A stretch of 64,000 nt of DNA from a virus: IMG/VR virus record IMGVR_UViG_3300035698_008781, positions 1 through 64,000 of that record, one strand, 5' to 3'. Each line of letters opens with the position of its first letter. Position 1 is the stretch's first letter. This document shows, in pieces, positions 1 through 8,948 of this stretch. The notes below the pieces were generated by a model that did no database searches, had not been told where the DNA came from, and saw only the letters and a list, made by a program, of their open reading frames with translations. The translations under genes and the position numbers were made by a program.

Positions 1-60
1 ACCTGTTGCTATTCCACCTAATAATACCCATATTGTATTAATTTGGTCTATATATTCCAT
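1..60 (-). CDS. 5' part of a membrane protein running off the window (possibly holin-like)
   Basis: ATG at 60 reads MEYIDQINTIWVLLGGIATG..., a hydrophobic N-terminus, at the end of the tail gene block. Confidence 0.3.
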   Translation of the reverse strand, partial: MEYIDQINTIWVLLGGIATG

Positions 61-127
61 AATTTTTGTTTGTTAGTTTGTAAAATTTTTTACTTCTTCT
101 TCTAAATTCATTTTGATTGATTGATTT

Positions 128-586
128 TTAATTATAATATTTTGGTGTAAAAAAATAGCAGTAAGGTACAAAAAACACACCTAATACGCATAAACCTATA
201 AATCTGAATAGTTGGTTTCCGTTACCTAATTTGAAGTGATTTAAGTAATAATCATAAGTTGATATATACCATAATTTAAAATTTCTATTTGCACCTATCA
301 AACATTGGTAATCGTGAAGCATTGCTTTTAAGTCTAAATCTTTAATGTCATGCAAATCTTTAACAATAGTCGCTCCATCAAACTTTGTTGGATTTTTACA
401 AAAGAAGTCGTAAGCTTTAATGTAAGGTTCGATTTCTTCTATATCTAAACCTTTGTAGGTTAATAGCATTATCATTTCGTGTCGCTTTGTTGCGAGTGCT
501 TCTCTATCTTGTTTAAAAAAATCGCACTTACTTTTTTTGAAGAAGTAGTAAACTATTATTATTGTTGGGTATATTAGTAGGTACAT
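128..586 (-). CDS. membrane-anchored hypothetical protein (HDY motif, DUF1353-like)
   Basis: 152 aa; hydrophobic termini; FDGAT...AMLHDY motif. Confidence 0.4.
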   Translation of the reverse strand: MYLLIYPTIIIVYYFFKKSKCDFFKQDREALATKRHEMIMLLTYKGLDIEEIEPYIKAYDFFCKNPTKFDGATIVKDLHDIKDLDLKAMLHDYQCLIGANRNFKLWYISTYDYYLNHFKLGNGNQLFRFIGLCVLGVFFVPYCYFFTPKYYN

Positions 587-588
587 AT

Positions 589-1020
589 TTATAATTTATT
601 TCCGTTAATAAAAATATAGTCTAGTTGTTCGCTTGTAATACCTAACATTTGTGCCATTTGTTTAAGTGTTGTATCATTTCTATCAAATACAATCGCATAT
701 TCCCACTTTGCATAAATTAACTCTTTTTGAACTTGGTCAGGAATTTGCTCAATCATTGCGTAAATTGAAGCAATTGAAATGCCACTTAAAATAAGTTGCA
801 CTCTCAATTTCATTTGTGAAATGCTTTCTGGAACTAATAATTTTTTATGTTCTGCAATTTCTTCATCAGTCGTACCCTCGTAATACTTCGAGCCGTCAAA
901 CATTGGTTTAACAAAGTTTTCAGCACACAGTTTATCCGTTTCGTTTGATTTTAAAATATAATTATCTTCTTCAATTCTTGCACCTTGTACAATGTTATTT
1001 TCGTATGTTGTTACTATCAT
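589..1020 (-). CDS. putative tail fibre assembly/chaperone-like protein
   Basis: 143 aa downstream of a fibre-like gene; C-terminal WEYA..FDR...LGITSEQLDYIF pattern typical of small phage tail-associated proteins. Confidence 0.45.
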   Translation of the reverse strand: MIVTTYENNIVQGARIEEDNYILKSNETDKLCAENFVKPMFDGSKYYEGTTDEEIAEHKKLLVPESISQMKLRVQLILSGISIASIYAMIEQIPDQVQKELIYAKWEYAIVFDRNDTTLKQMAQMLGITSEQLDYIFINGNKL

Positions 1021-1913
1021 AATTTTATAAGATTGTGATTTGCTATAAAAGTTGTTTCTGAAGAATTAGTTAAAGCAGATGAAAAATGAAGCCAATTATC
1101 CACCGTATGATCAAAAGTAGTATTAGAAATACTTGAGAAATTTGCAAAATGTCTATCATCAGCCTCACCAACATTTAAATATTTAAAAACTCCATCTTGT
1201 AAAATCCAATGTTTACTAAATGACCTCCAACCCGCATTACTAAAGTGACCGTAAATTTGAGGATTTGACGTTGATGGCGTAATAGATTGACCTAGTCTAA
1301 CTCTGGAAAAAACATTACTTGTGCCGTTGTGAATTTCATCATATCTTAATAATAATGTTTCGTTATCCGTTAAAGTAAAGGCTGGTATTTTTATTGATTT
1401 TATAAATGTTTCAGTAGTTGTTCCTGTTAAAATTAAAGATTTAATATTTGTTTTTGAAATTAAACCAGTTTGATTACTAACATCATCCAACATCGCAAAC
1501 ATCCCACTCTTATTTGGTAATTGATATTCTTTACTAGCAGTTAAATTATCAATTAGAAAATTAGCAATTACAGAATCACTCCTTCTTTTAGAAAAGAAAC
1601 TACCATTAGCAGACATTCCAAACATATCTACACCTGTAGTTCCTTTAAAGTAATATTCTGCATCATTAACATTTATTCTAAAATAAGTGGCATTTGCTAC
1701 ATCATAGATATATAAACTATCATTGATATAAATTGGTAAATTAGTGGTATTTCCTTCTTCGGTAACTTGCTGAAGTCCTTGTGTACCATTCAACGCTAAA
1801 TCTCCACTACCTGAACCACCTATATTTATTATAGGTTGAATAGTAACAACATTAGCTTCTTGACTAATTGTTAAGTTTAATTTAGTTACGTTCTGTGTTA
1901 CTGTTAATTTCAT
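1017..1913 (-). CDS. putative tail fibre/spike protein
   Basis: 298 aa, beta-rich; LQQVTEEGNTT and YQLPNKSG motifs seen in Bacteroidota phage fibres. Confidence 0.5.
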   Translation of the reverse strand: MKLTVTQNVTKLNLTISQEANVVTIQPIINIGGSGSGDLALNGTQGLQQVTEEGNTTNLPIYINDSLYIYDVANATYFRINVNDAEYYFKGTTGVDMFGMSANGSFFSKRRSDSVIANFLIDNLTASKEYQLPNKSGMFAMLDDVSNQTGLISKTNIKSLILTGTTTETFIKSIKIPAFTLTDNETLLLRYDEIHNGTSNVFSRVRLGQSITPSTSNPQIYGHFSNAGWRSFSKHWILQDGVFKYLNVGEADDRHFANFSSISNTTFDHTVDNWLHFSSALTNSSETTFIANHNLIKL

Positions 1914-2257
1914 TTAGTATATTGTTTTAATATAGTATAAGCTACTCTAAAGTAAGTAAATCTAGTATAATTATTAGTTATTTCTAAATCTCCCATAAAT
2001 GTTCCTACAGGAAAATCATTATCACTTTCATCAACACTATCTATTTCAAAAGTTTTATCATCTATAACAGTTATTCCATCAGTAGTATTTGATATATCAA
2101 TAAATTTTATATTATTGTTATATACTTGCATTTTAATTATAGTTCCTAATAATGTCAAATCAATATCATCAGTAGGATCAAATTGAAAAGTTATTTTAGG
2201 TATAGTGTCTCCTTGAACTATATAACTATTACCTAAAGGTATTTTTAGTGTTTCCAT
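1910..2257 (-). CDS. Ig-like tail/baseplate (BppU N-terminal-like) protein
   Basis: 115 aa; QGDT...IDLT...G.F.GDLEIT pattern. Confidence 0.4.
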   Translation of the reverse strand: METLKIPLGNSYIVQGDTIPKITFQFDPTDDIDLTLLGTIIKMQVYNNNIKFIDISNTTDGITVIDDKTFEIDSVDESDNDFPVGTFMGDLEITNNYTRFTYFRVAYTILKQYTK

Positions 2258-2258
2258 T

Positions 2259-2858
2259 TTAGCTAGGTTTTATTACATTACATTCTTCAAAAGAAGCTCT
2301 TATAGACCAAAATCCAATATGTATTTCAGTACTATCAGTTACTTGTATTCCTCCAATATATAAACTTCCTATTTTTATACAATCATTAATTTCATATAAA
2401 AAATCATTTTCAGTACCAATAGACTCAGCAAGTGATACTACTATTGGTATATTTGAATTATCACCACATCTTATGTAAGAAGCCCAAGAAAACCTATCTA
2501 ATCCATTATCAAGATTAGCACCATTAATACTTTCAAGCTTAATACATAATTTTTCAGGTCTATCTGTAGGTACACAATTATTATTTTGGATAAATTTAGG
2601 TTTTATAGTTGTTTGATAGCTTTTAATAAGTTTAGGTTCACAAATATCATTAGAACAATGTGATAATTTATTATAAAAATTAATTAAATTATTTCTTTCA
2701 TCATTTGTTAAATCAATTATATCTAATAATTTAAAAATTAAATTTAAATTATAAATATCTGTTACATCTAATTTACCATATATTGTAGCTTTATTATATA
2801 TTTTTTCTACAGAACTTATCATTACTGCAGTATGTGTTTTTGACTTTATATTTAACAT
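2259..2858 (-). CDS. putative virion structural protein (tail hub/fibre-attachment region)
   Basis: 199 aa; position in the crAss-like structural operon. Confidence 0.4.
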   Translation of the reverse strand: MLNIKSKTHTAVMISSVEKIYNKATIYGKLDVTDIYNLNLIFKLLDIIDLTNDERNNLINFYNKLSHCSNDICEPKLIKSYQTTIKPKFIQNNNCVPTDRPEKLCIKLESINGANLDNGLDRFSWASYIRCGDNSNIPIVVSLAESIGTENDFLYEINDCIKIGSLYIGGIQVTDSTEIHIGFWSIRASFEECNVIKPS

Positions 2859-3436
2859 TATACTATTTGTTGATTAAATCCATTACAAGAATTACAAAAA
2901 ATAGGTTGACAGTTATTACATTTATCTAAAGAACAAAGTTTTTTAATTTTATTAACTAAAGATACAGCTTCTAAATAATAACCTGCATTAATTGATTTTT
3001 CTGTAATATCTAATAATAAATTTATAGTTAATAATTTTTGATCTATTATAACATCATTACAATTTAAACAATCACTTTTTTGAGATTTAAAAAAACCATC
3101 TAATAAACATTGGTATTGTTCTGTAAAATCATAAGTAATACCTATGACTGAAACCATTGTTTCACAATTATCATCAGGTATATAATCACTTTCAACTTCA
3201 ATAAATAATAAATCTTTAAATATATCAATTTGTAATTCAGAAGCTGTTACAATAAAAGATTCATTATTATTTAATTGTGAAAGTTTAGTGTTTAAATCTA
3301 TAGCTAAAGTATAATCTTTAAAATCATCCATTTTCCATAATAATAATGAAGTAATGGTATTACCAACATTAGTAGTCAAGTCTATTAAAAGTTCTTGCCC
3401 ATTGTTTTGTATTTGAAAGTTATTAATTGTTATCAT
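2858..3436 (-). CDS. putative tail hub-type structural protein with Cys-rich C-terminus
   Basis: 192 aa; synteny after the auxiliary capsid gene in crAss-like phages. Confidence 0.45.
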   Translation of the reverse strand: MITINNFQIQNNGQELLIDLTTNVGNTITSLLLWKMDDFKDYTLAIDLNTKLSQLNNNESFIVTASELQIDIFKDLLFIEVESDYIPDDNCETMVSVIGITYDFTEQYQCLLDGFFKSQKSDCLNCNDVIIDQKLLTINLLLDITEKSINAGYYLEAVSLVNKIKKLCSLDKCNNCQPIFCNSCNGFNQQIV

Positions 3437-3446
3437 ATTATGGTAT

Positions 3447-3482
3447 AAAAAAAAGGGAGTAGAGTTTTGAACTCACTCCCTT
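3447..3482 (-). terminator. intrinsic terminator
   Basis: AAGGGAGT...ACTCCCTT hairpin followed by a U-run on the minus strand. Confidence 0.8.
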
Positions 3483-3510
3483 AATTAGTTAATTTTGTTT
3501 ATTTATTTTA

Positions 3511-4497
3511 TTATGCTAAATCTGCAGGAATAGATACTCCAGGAGCAGCTGTTGCAATTTCAGCTTTAATAGCATTAATTGTAGCTAATGTTTCGCTTAC
3601 TATTGTAAGCTCTTTAAATTGTCTTTCAACATTAACTCCCTCACGATCTTTATGAAAGCCTATAATTAATGTTTTATATTGACCAGCTGGATTAGCTAAA
3701 TAATCAACATTAAAGTTATTAGGAAAACTTACTTCACGTCCATAATCTGCATTTTCATATCCTTTTAAAGAATATTCAGCTAATGCAACTTGTTTACCTG
3801 TACCTATACCTTCTTTCAAAGCTTGAGTAGTTGTAACAGTTAATACATTATAAGAACTTCCAGCTTCAGCTAATGTTTCAGGAGAATTATCTTTTACAGA
3901 TACTTCAACTTCAAAATTAATAGGTGCACCAGCATCTTTACCTTTATAAAAACCTTGTACTTTACCTGTTAAAACAATAGTTGTTCCAGATACAGAAGCT
4001 TCAATTTCTTTTAAAGCATCTTCACGTTTTAAACTACCATTTAAATTTTTAACTAACTCTGATTGAATTTCTGTATAAGTCATCGTGTTATTAACTGGTG
4101 TTACTACAAAACCATGAACATGTCTAAAATTTTCTGGTGAACCAATACCATCAAACTTACGAATAGATACTCTATAAGTAACATTTGCAATAGCAGTTCC
4201 TGTAAAACCTCCTACAGTTATAATTTTAGGTACTTCAGCTACATAGTTTGCAACTTTAACATAATCAATTTGTTTAGGGTCAATTGTATCAGAAGCTTTT
4301 ACTCCTGTTAAAGAAGTATTTTCTTTACTTACAATTTTAAACGGTTGATTAGCAGCTACTGCAGCTCCATTTGATTTTACAACAGCTACCTCACCAACTG
4401 AAGCAGTAGCATTAAACGTTGTATTAGTAGTTTCAGTTGCTAAAGCATCTGTAATCATTAATCTACCTACATTTTTTGGTGAAATTATACTCGCCAT
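3511..4497 (-). CDS. auxiliary capsid (stabilisation/decoration) protein
   Basis: 328 aa, Ala/Thr/Val-rich, highly expressed codon bias, followed by a terminator; crAss-like synteny. Confidence 0.65.
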   Translation of the reverse strand: MASIISPKNVGRLMITDALATETTNTTFNATASVGEVAVVKSNGAAVAANQPFKIVSKENTSLTGVKASDTIDPKQIDYVKVANYVAEVPKIITVGGFTGTAIANVTYRVSIRKFDGIGSPENFRHVHGFVVTPVNNTMTYTEIQSELVKNLNGSLKREDALKEIEASVSGTTIVLTGKVQGFYKGKDAGAPINFEVEVSVKDNSPETLAEAGSSYNVLTVTTTQALKEGIGTGKQVALAEYSLKGYENADYGREVSFPNNFNVDYLANPAGQYKTLIIGFHKDREGVNVERQFKELTIVSETLATINAIKAEIATAAPGVSIPADLA

Positions 4498-4508
4498 ATT
4501 TTTAATTT

Positions 4509-5246
4509 TTAGTTATTTCTATTATTTAATTGAACTCTATTTTGTAAATTATTTTCTTTATAATCTCGATGTGCTAGTTCTACAGCACGATCTAATATTT
4601 CTGGATGAATCTCTTTATCTAATTCAGAAGTTTGTTCTTGTACAATACCATTAATTGATAAATTCATTCCTGAAAATTCAGGGTCAGCACTTAAATCAGT
4701 TAATAAAATTGGACTAGGATATTTTAAGTATCTTAAATGATAAGTATCAATTACCCTATCACTTATAACCTCAACAACATTATTTAATGAAGAATTATAA
4801 TCTAATCTCCAAGCTAAATATTTATAAGGTCTTTTAAAAGGATTATTAGTTTTTTCATTAAACTCATCTAAAGTTACAGGTATAATATCTATTTCAATAC
4901 TACAATTGTTTTTAGTGTAAATACCTTTCTCGTATTTTATTAAAAATACATCTTTAGGTATTGTAAAAAACCTTGAGTTTAATTTATTAGTTATTCTATC
5001 AGTGTTAACAGCAAAAGATGTTGATTTAAAATCTTTAATTAATTCTTTTAAATCAGCTCTTCTTTTATCAGAACCATCAAAACCTTTTTGATACTTATTT
5101 GCTAATCCATTATATTCTTTAACTATTTCTAATTGTGCTTTAGTTAAATAAAATGACTTTTCATATTTATCTAATCCTGGAGCAGAATTTGAAGATATAT
5201 TATCATAAAGAATATCAAACTCTAAGTTAAATTCATTAGTAGTCAT
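4509..5246 (-). CDS. tail ring/adaptor protein (crAss gene 73/74-like)
   Basis: N-terminus MTTNEFNLEFDILYDNISSNSAPGLDKYEKSFYLTKAQ and C-terminal HPEILDRAVELA typical of crAss ring proteins. Confidence 0.7.
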   Translation of the reverse strand: MTTNEFNLEFDILYDNISSNSAPGLDKYEKSFYLTKAQLEIVKEYNGLANKYQKGFDGSDKRRADLKELIKDFKSTSFAVNTDRITNKLNSRFFTIPKDVFLIKYEKGIYTKNNCSIEIDIIPVTLDEFNEKTNNPFKRPYKYLAWRLDYNSSLNNVVEVISDRVIDTYHLRYLKYPSPILLTDLSADPEFSGMNLSINGIVQEQTSELDKEIHPEILDRAVELAHRDYKENNLQNRVQLNNRNN

Positions 5247-6106
5247 TATTTAGTATTTTTAACTCTAGCTTCAATTAAATCACGAACTTCTTGATTTTTT
5301 GGATCAATTAAATATTTAACAGCATTTTGTAAAGAAGCAATTTCCCCTTCTTTAGCTAATGTTAATCCATCAACTGTTTCATATTTACCATTCTTTTTAA
5401 CAACTATTCCTACATTTTCAGCAAGAGCAATTAATGTTTTAGTTTCAAAATTTGGATCTTCAATTAAATTTAAGAAATCTTTAGTTCTTGAGTCAACTAA
5501 TGTCTCAACTTCAGTATTAATAAATTTCATTGTTGAATTATCAGATAATTTTTTACCACTCATTAAATATATAATTGAAACAAGTACATCTCTGTTATCT
5601 TCAATCTTATAGTATTCTTTCCAAGCAGTTTTAATTAAATCTAATTTTTTAGATCTATCTTTTAATTCTTCACCTGTTCTAGTCATGTAGAATTGATAAG
5701 TACCTTTGTTAGTTCGTTTATATTCTTCTAAACTAGGTGCAATAACATCTTGCCATGCTAATAATATTTTATATTTTAAATAATCTTCAGGTATAGATAA
5801 ATCTAATATTGTATCAAGTTTTTCTAATGCTACATTTTTACTGTGCCAAAAATCACTATAAATAGAAAGATTAACTCCTCTAAAATGACCGTTTTCAAAA
5901 TATTCTTTTTCTTCTGTAGTAAGAACGTTTTTTAAACCACCACCTCTTTGTAAAGGTACACAAAACTTACGTGTTGCACCTTCAACCATTCCTCCTGAAA
6001 TTACATGTGATTCAGATACATCTGCAGCTAAACCTTTATTTCTTTTAATAAACTTAATTGTTACCTTTTCTTGTGGTAACATAAATCCTTCTTTAACTTC
6101 TCCCAT
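5246..6106 (-). CDS. conserved crAss-like protein downstream of MCP (gene 75-like)
   Basis: 286 aa; synteny; LDLSIPEDYLKYKILL motif. Confidence 0.65.
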   Translation of the reverse strand: MGEVKEGFMLPQEKVTIKFIKRNKGLAADVSESHVISGGMVEGATRKFCVPLQRGGGLKNVLTTEEKEYFENGHFRGVNLSIYSDFWHSKNVALEKLDTILDLSIPEDYLKYKILLAWQDVIAPSLEEYKRTNKGTYQFYMTRTGEELKDRSKKLDLIKTAWKEYYKIEDNRDVLVSIIYLMSGKKLSDNSTMKFINTEVETLVDSRTKDFLNLIEDPNFETKTLIALAENVGIVVKKNGKYETVDGLTLAKEGEIASLQNAVKYLIDPKNQEVRDLIEARVKNTK

Positions 6107-6127
6107 TGTTAATTTTATTTATGTTTT

Positions 6128-6160
6128 AAAAAATAAAGGGTGTTTTTGGGCACACCCTTT
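6128..6160 (-). terminator. intrinsic terminator after MCP
   Basis: AAAGGGTGT/ACACCCTTT hairpin plus U-rich tail on the minus strand. Confidence 0.7.
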
Positions 6161-6172
6161 AAAGCCTATTTA

Positions 6173-7693
6173 TTAATATTGGTATATAATACTTGGTATT
6201 AATGATGCAGTTCTAGAAGGGTCTTTAACCATCGCACCTTGCATACAGTAAGCTGTAATTGTAGCACTATCTTCCATTCTACCCATATTTCCTGAACCTC
6301 TTTCTCCTGTAAAAGGATTTCTGAAACCTGCTTGATATCCTCTAATTTCTTCGTTATCTTTAACCATTACTTTTTGAATATTAGGCTCTTCAGTAGATCC
6401 AATATATAAAATATCATATCTGTAAGATTCAGCAACACCACCATCTGGGTGCATAATTTTATTACGAACTTTGTCATCATACATTGGGTCAACCTCAACC
6501 ATTACTTTGATAGAATTCGCAAATTCATATTCTGTAAATTGGTAACCCGCTTTGAATGAGTTAGAATGTAATTGAGAACTTGTTTTCTGAACAACAGCTG
6601 GGTTGTTTTGAGAAAGTTCTTTCCAAGCTTGACCTTCACGATTAATAGATTGAGAGAATTGTTTAGCTCCTCTTTCACCAGTACGTAAAATAAATATTCT
6701 ATCTTTAAAGTCTAATTTACCTTCTGATAATTCATGTAACATATCTTCAAGAATTCTCAATGAGAACGTGTTATATGTAACAATGTTTGAAACTTCCATT
6801 TGTTCACGAATACCTGAACCTGATTCAATAGAGAATCCTGATTTACCTATATTTAAGAAGTTACCACTTTCATCTCTGTTTGATTTACCAAACATAATGT
6901 TAAATGCTTTTAAACGAGATAAATGTTGTTCAAATCTCCAATAGATTTCTTGCATCCAAGTGTTAGAAGTTCTAACTTTACCTGCATTATCTAATGATTC
7001 AATTTTTGAATAATAAACATCTGTTGCGTTTAATTTACAATTAATCATATTACCTGGAACAGTTGTTTCAACACGTAATTGTGACATTGTATTTTTCAAT
7101 GTGTAAGGAGAACTGAAGTTAATATCAGAACCTTTATTAGACATTGTTCTTTCAACAGGAGATCCTTCAATAGAGAATCTTTCTCCTACTAAAAGTTCAC
7201 TACCAGGAACACCCTGATAAGTTTCAGGTCCACCCCATACTTCAGCTGTATAAACATAAGGTCCATTTGGTCCTTCTGATCTTGGATCAGCTAAGATACG
7301 ATATTGATAAATATCTGGTTTTGAACCTGCAATTGTATGTACATCAGAAAAGTATTTTTCTGCGAACACCAATTCTATTTCGCTACGATTAGCTCCAACA
7401 TTTACACTAGCATCAGTTACTACAGCACCTTCAAATCTTGCTTCAGCAAGTGGAATATTTCTTTCGTGAGAACCTACCATTTTCCATGTAAAGTCACCCT
7501 CATCTTCTAAATATTTCACTGGAAACATATTAAGTACAGTATCTAAGTTTTTCATCCCTGCCTTAGCAAGTAACACCCCAGTAATCTGAGATGCAACCAT
7601 TGGTCTAGTAGCATAGATCTGACCTAAGTGATTTCTAGTTGTTAATCCTGACCAGTATTGTCCTTTGGTCATTACAAATTTACCTACACTCAT
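6173..7693 (-). CDS. major capsid protein
   Basis: 506 aa; WSGLTTRNHLG N-terminus, GSGIREQ and HPDGGVAESYR motifs of crAss-like MCPs; strong codon bias. Confidence 0.9.
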   Translation of the reverse strand: MSVGKFVMTKGQYWSGLTTRNHLGQIYATRPMVASQITGVLLAKAGMKNLDTVLNMFPVKYLEDEGDFTWKMVGSHERNIPLAEARFEGAVVTDASVNVGANRSEIELVFAEKYFSDVHTIAGSKPDIYQYRILADPRSEGPNGPYVYTAEVWGGPETYQGVPGSELLVGERFSIEGSPVERTMSNKGSDINFSSPYTLKNTMSQLRVETTVPGNMINCKLNATDVYYSKIESLDNAGKVRTSNTWMQEIYWRFEQHLSRLKAFNIMFGKSNRDESGNFLNIGKSGFSIESGSGIREQMEVSNIVTYNTFSLRILEDMLHELSEGKLDFKDRIFILRTGERGAKQFSQSINREGQAWKELSQNNPAVVQKTSSQLHSNSFKAGYQFTEYEFANSIKVMVEVDPMYDDKVRNKIMHPDGGVAESYRYDILYIGSTEEPNIQKVMVKDNEEIRGYQAGFRNPFTGERGSGNMGRMEDSATITAYCMQGAMVKDPSRTASLIPSIIYQY

Positions 7694-7741
7694 AATTTTA
7701 ATTTAATTATTTATTTACTTATTTAAAATTTTTATTGTTTT

Positions 7742-8866
7742 TTAATATACTAAACTATCACCAATTTCATAATCTTTAGAATTAGCATCATCTAAGAATG
7801 ACGCATCACCACCAGCTATAACATGTTGATTGTTTTTTAATACTCTTTCAAAATCATTTTTAACTTTAGTTGTTTCAACTTTTCCAAATTGACTAAAATC
7901 TGTAAAACCTTTTGTTAATGCATATATAGTATATAATTTTTGTGAAAAATTTTCATCTTCACGTTGGTCTCTCATAAGAGCATTTTCCTCAACACCAGTT
8001 ACAGGATTTTTTCCTACAGGAACCATCATTGATTTTAGAATACTTTGTCTAGCTACAGTGTTTAATTTTAATCCCTCAAAAGGTTGTTCTGTTTCTAAAA
8101 TTTTCTTTTCTAAAGTTTTAATTCTTAAATCTTCTTTTTCTTTATTAATACGAATTTGCTCTAGATTATATTTCTTTTCTTCTTCAAATCTTTCTTTAAC
8201 ACCTGTTCGTATATTTTCTAAAGCTTCTCTAGCATCTTCAACGTCGCCATCTGTAGCAAAACTACGTTCAGTTAATTTTAATGCTTTTTGTTCATTGAAC
8301 CCTTGATTTACAAAATCTTGATAAATTAATTGTTTTCTTAAATCTTCATTTTCAATTAAAGAATCTTCTGTAATAGAATCAAGTTGTGATTCAACTTGTT
8401 TTTGTTTTTGAAATGTCTCAACATCAAATCCTGATCTGAAAGCATCTAATGCTTCTCTTTGTTCAACAGATAAATCATTTAACTCTTTAGACTTAATTTC
8501 TTCTGATATTAAATCTGCTAGATCTTGAACTGTTTTAACATTTTCTAATTTAGAAGAATCTACAGAGGCAAGCACACCTTCTTTATGTAATAAAGATGCA
8601 AAGGATTTATATAATGGGGGAGAAGAATCAACATCTTCATCATCTGAAGGTTCGTTGTCCTCGCCATCTGTAATATCCCCAATTACTTTCTCTGGATTTT
8701 TATCCTCATCAGGTTCTTCTTCATTTATATTTTCAGGAGTAAGATTTTCATCTTCATCTCCAATTTCATTGTCTATAATATGTCCATTAGGATCTACTGC
8801 ATTTTCATCACCTTCGTAATCAAAATCATCCCCTAAGAACAAATTCATTCCTAATTCTTCTTCCAT
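7742..8866 (-). CDS. capsid scaffolding protein (crAss gene 77-like)
   Basis: very acidic N-terminus, coiled coils, lies between portal and MCP. Confidence 0.7.
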   Translation of the reverse strand: MEEELGMNLFLGDDFDYEGDENAVDPNGHIIDNEIGDEDENLTPENINEEEPDEDKNPEKVIGDITDGEDNEPSDDEDVDSSPPLYKSFASLLHKEGVLASVDSSKLENVKTVQDLADLISEEIKSKELNDLSVEQREALDAFRSGFDVETFQKQKQVESQLDSITEDSLIENEDLRKQLIYQDFVNQGFNEQKALKLTERSFATDGDVEDAREALENIRTGVKERFEEEKKYNLEQIRINKEKEDLRIKTLEKKILETEQPFEGLKLNTVARQSILKSMMVPVGKNPVTGVEENALMRDQREDENFSQKLYTIYALTKGFTDFSQFGKVETTKVKNDFERVLKNNQHVIAGGDASFLDDANSKDYEIGDSLVY

Positions 8867-8894
8867 TTTTATTTCCCCTTTAAAAATTATAATA

Positions 8895-8902
8895 CAAATA
8901 TA
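8895..8902 (-). promoter_or_regulatory. Bacteroidota-type -7 promoter element (TATATTTG) upstream of scaffold/MCP
   Basis: CAAATATA on the + strand equals TAnnTTTG on the minus strand, in an intergenic gap. Confidence 0.55.
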
Positions 8903-8948
8903 CTACAAAATTATTAAAAATTGTTATTTAATTATGTATCCTATATGG

